Shown in pieces: positions 62,128 to 64,000 of a DNA stretch of 64,000 nucleotides; the stretch's first letter is position 1; every line of letters starts with the position of its first letter. The stretch lies in assembly GCA_031423895.1 (NCBI GenBank), contig JANPGK010000005.1, positions 58,683-122,682 of the forward strand, read 5' to 3'. The translations under genes and the position numbers were made by a program. This stretch comes from Hyphomicrobiales bacterium (lineage in GTDB: Bacteria > Pseudomonadota > Alphaproteobacteria > Rhizobiales > JANPGK01). Below the pieces are notes generated by a model. It saw only the letters and a list, made by a program, of their open reading frames with translations, did no database searches and was not told the DNA's origin.

Positions 62128-62167
62128 AACAAAAAAACCGCGAGCTTTCACTCGCGGTTTTTTTGTT
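62128..62167. terminator. Bidirectional Rho-independent terminator
   Basis: AACAAAAAAACCGCGAG-CTTTCA-CTCGCGGTTTTTTTGTT between convergent genes. Confidence 0.9.
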
Positions 62168-62181
62168 GCTAATGAATCAGC

Positions 62182-63672
62182 TCACTTTTGCTCAGGCACC
62201 TGAATGACATAAGGCGCATTGCGGCTGGGCGCTGTGCCACTAAATGAGTTGGGGTTGATATTGAGCGGCAACGCGTTTTGATTGGACAAAACCCCACCCG
62301 GAATCGGGTTAATAATGCGATATGAATTTTCAGGGCTATTGCCTTGAATGAAGGTTTGGTTGAAATCCACACCTGGTTGCGCGATCAATGGCATGGGTTT
62401 TTGATTGCCGCGAATGATTTTTGGCGTGGCCGTTTGTGTGCCGCCACCTTCGCCAAACCCATACGGCAATGTGATATATTTCACTTCACGTTGAGTTTTT
62501 GGTTCGCCTTCTGCCTTCACATAATACACATATTGCGTGCCAGTAATGGGTTGTGCGGCTTTTAACTCAGGATAAACAGGCAGCATTGCAACTTCCACTG
62601 AAGGCTCCACTGGCTTGGCAACAGGTGCTGCAGGTTTGGCCACCACAACTGGTTTTGCTGGTTTTGGTGCCACTGGTTTGGCCACAACAGCTGGCTTTAC
62701 AGGCTCAGGCTTTTTGGCTTCAACTTTAGGTGCTGCAGGTTTAGGTGCTTCAACCTTAGGAGCCGCTTTTGGGGCTGCAACTTTCGGCATTTCAGCAACT
62801 TTAGCGGTCACCACAGGTTTTTTCATGTCAACAGGTGTTTTGACCTCAGCTGCTTTTGCTGGTGCGGGTTTTGCAGGCGCAGCAGCAGCCGCCGCTGGCT
62901 TTGCCACTTCCGCCACCATCGCTTGAAACGCCACTTGCGCGCACGAAACATCATTAATCGCCGAGCTATCTTGCGCGATCAAAGCCGTGGTGCCAAACAA
63001 TGCTGTGGCCAAGGTTTTAGGTGAATTCAGGCCAACGGAATCGAGTGCATATTTGGCAATGAATTTTTGTACGCCTTCATTGATACCCGAGCGCACGGTA
63101 CTATCTATAAAATCAATGTTGGTATCTGTAGCTTTGAGTACTGATTTGAGCACTTGCAGGCGTGCATTGCGTTCTTGCGGGGCATCCGAACCCATCCAAA
63201 TAATGCGCGCGCACACATTGGCGTTCACAGGCTTGGCTTTATCCGAAGTGGCAAATTTACCTGTCCAGCGTGTTGAAATATTTTGGCTGAGGGTTTGGTT
63301 CGGGCTTTTGCACACCCATGCATTTTCACGCCCTTCGCAGCTCCAATTTTCTGGGCTCACAAACTCGAGCTTCCCTTCAGCGGCGCTGGTGGTAAAGGCC
63401 ACATAAAATGGCCCTTCCGCAGGAAATGCCGTAGCATTATCAAGTGTTACGCTCACAGCGCAGCTTTGCCCAACCGTACAGTTGGCAGGGGTTTTGAGTG
63501 ATACACCAAGGTCGTAAGGCGCTTTTTTCACATCCGCAGAAGGGGCGGCAAGCAATGCCGAAACCGTTGGTGATAATTTTACATCGCCAGAGGATTGCGC
63601 ATGCGCAACGCTGCCTAATGCCAGCGCACTCACCACACCAATTGCACTTAATTTCCAAACTGCGTAACTCAT
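62182..63672 (-). CDS. Exported hypothetical protein: Cys-containing beta-rich domain plus Pro/Ala/Lys/Val-rich stalk
   Basis: GAGG RBS, signal peptide ending AHA, YDLGVSLK, WSC...WVC, repeated AAPK/VAKP motifs. Confidence 0.75.
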   Translation of the reverse strand: MSYAVWKLSAIGVVSALALGSVAHAQSSGDVKLSPTVSALLAAPSADVKKAPYDLGVSLKTPANCTVGQSCAVSVTLDNATAFPAEGPFYVAFTTSAAEGKLEFVSPENWSCEGRENAWVCKSPNQTLSQNISTRWTGKFATSDKAKPVNANVCARIIWMGSDAPQERNARLQVLKSVLKATDTNIDFIDSTVRSGINEGVQKFIAKYALDSVGLNSPKTLATALFGTTALIAQDSSAINDVSCAQVAFQAMVAEVAKPAAAAAAPAKPAPAKAAEVKTPVDMKKPVVTAKVAEMPKVAAPKAAPKVEAPKPAAPKVEAKKPEPVKPAVVAKPVAPKPAKPVVVAKPAAPVAKPVEPSVEVAMLPVYPELKAAQPITGTQYVYYVKAEGEPKTQREVKYITLPYGFGEGGGTQTATPKIIRGNQKPMPLIAQPGVDFNQTFIQGNSPENSYRIINPIPGGVLSNQNALPLNINPNSFSGTAPSRNAPYVIQVPEQK

Positions 63673-63719
63673 GGACACACCTCTAATCACAAAATTATTG
63701 TTTCAAAAATTAAAGCTCA

Positions 63720-63786
63720 CGCCAAATTTTTGAATGTACGCTTCGCGCTTCGCTAGCACTCGTTCCAATTCATGCTATGAATTGGG
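63720..63786 (+). repeat. Dispersed repeat family D, copy 3
   Basis: CGCCAAATTTT..TACGCTTCGCGCTTCGCTAGCACTC then CCAATTCAT-GCT-ATGAATTGG. Confidence 0.7.
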
Positions 63787-63834
63787 CATAATCTACTAAA
63801 AACATATTTTTTAAGTGAAATCAAATGTTTTTTG

Positions 63835-63849
63835 TTAAAACTTCGTTAA
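63835..63849. promoter_or_regulatory. Putative CtrA box
   Basis: TTAA-N7-TTAA (TTAA-N7-TTAAC on the minus strand). The region is AT-rich, so a chance match is possible. Confidence 0.45.
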
Positions 63850-64000
63850 AATTTAATTCAAATTTTATTATCTTATGTATCTAAATCAAAGTGTGCAATA
63901 ATATTATTAGCAATACTATGATAATGCTGCGCTGCATCATGAGGTTTGCTATTCATTATAATGGGCACGCCTGCATCGGAGCGCTCGCATATTTCTAATG

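Overview
Chromosomal segment of an alphaproteobacterium, probably Hyphomicrobiales-like (PopZ, DUF2842, DUF2155, long YcbK, cbb3 oxidase). The backbone is housekeeping: glnB-glnA with a sigma54 promoter, eno, pdhABC, folE, sucAB, ilvE, an FNR-box-flanked ccoNOQP-GHIS cluster with its own Crp/Fnr regulator, metY, tatD, ssb, glmS, frameshifted prfB, rlmB, popZ, pcm, yidD, thrS, glpX, hom, sdhE, mdh-sucCD. No tRNA, rRNA, CRISPR array or transposase was seen. Two accessory layers sit on this backbone. (1) Many short, visibly AT-rich orphan genes, some inside conserved operons. At least six share one architecture: a variable soluble N-terminus plus a mutually similar C-terminal membrane anchor. Three of these form a tandem array and two carry apparent single-base frameshifts. 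A divergent pair at 52.6-53.4 kb resembles type III secretion rod and pilin subunits, so a dispersed secreted-effector system is the main hypothesis. (2) Several families of dispersed palindromic repeats. One is inserted in frame into an Fe-S scaffold gene, three flank a GIY-YIG nuclease gene, and one family shows compensatory stem changes. Also notable: a recoded duplicate of the glmS 3' end (attTn7 region), a poly-proline TadG/vWA protein and a multicopper-oxidase-like protein lacking copper ligands. All homology statements come from visual motif recognition, not database searches.
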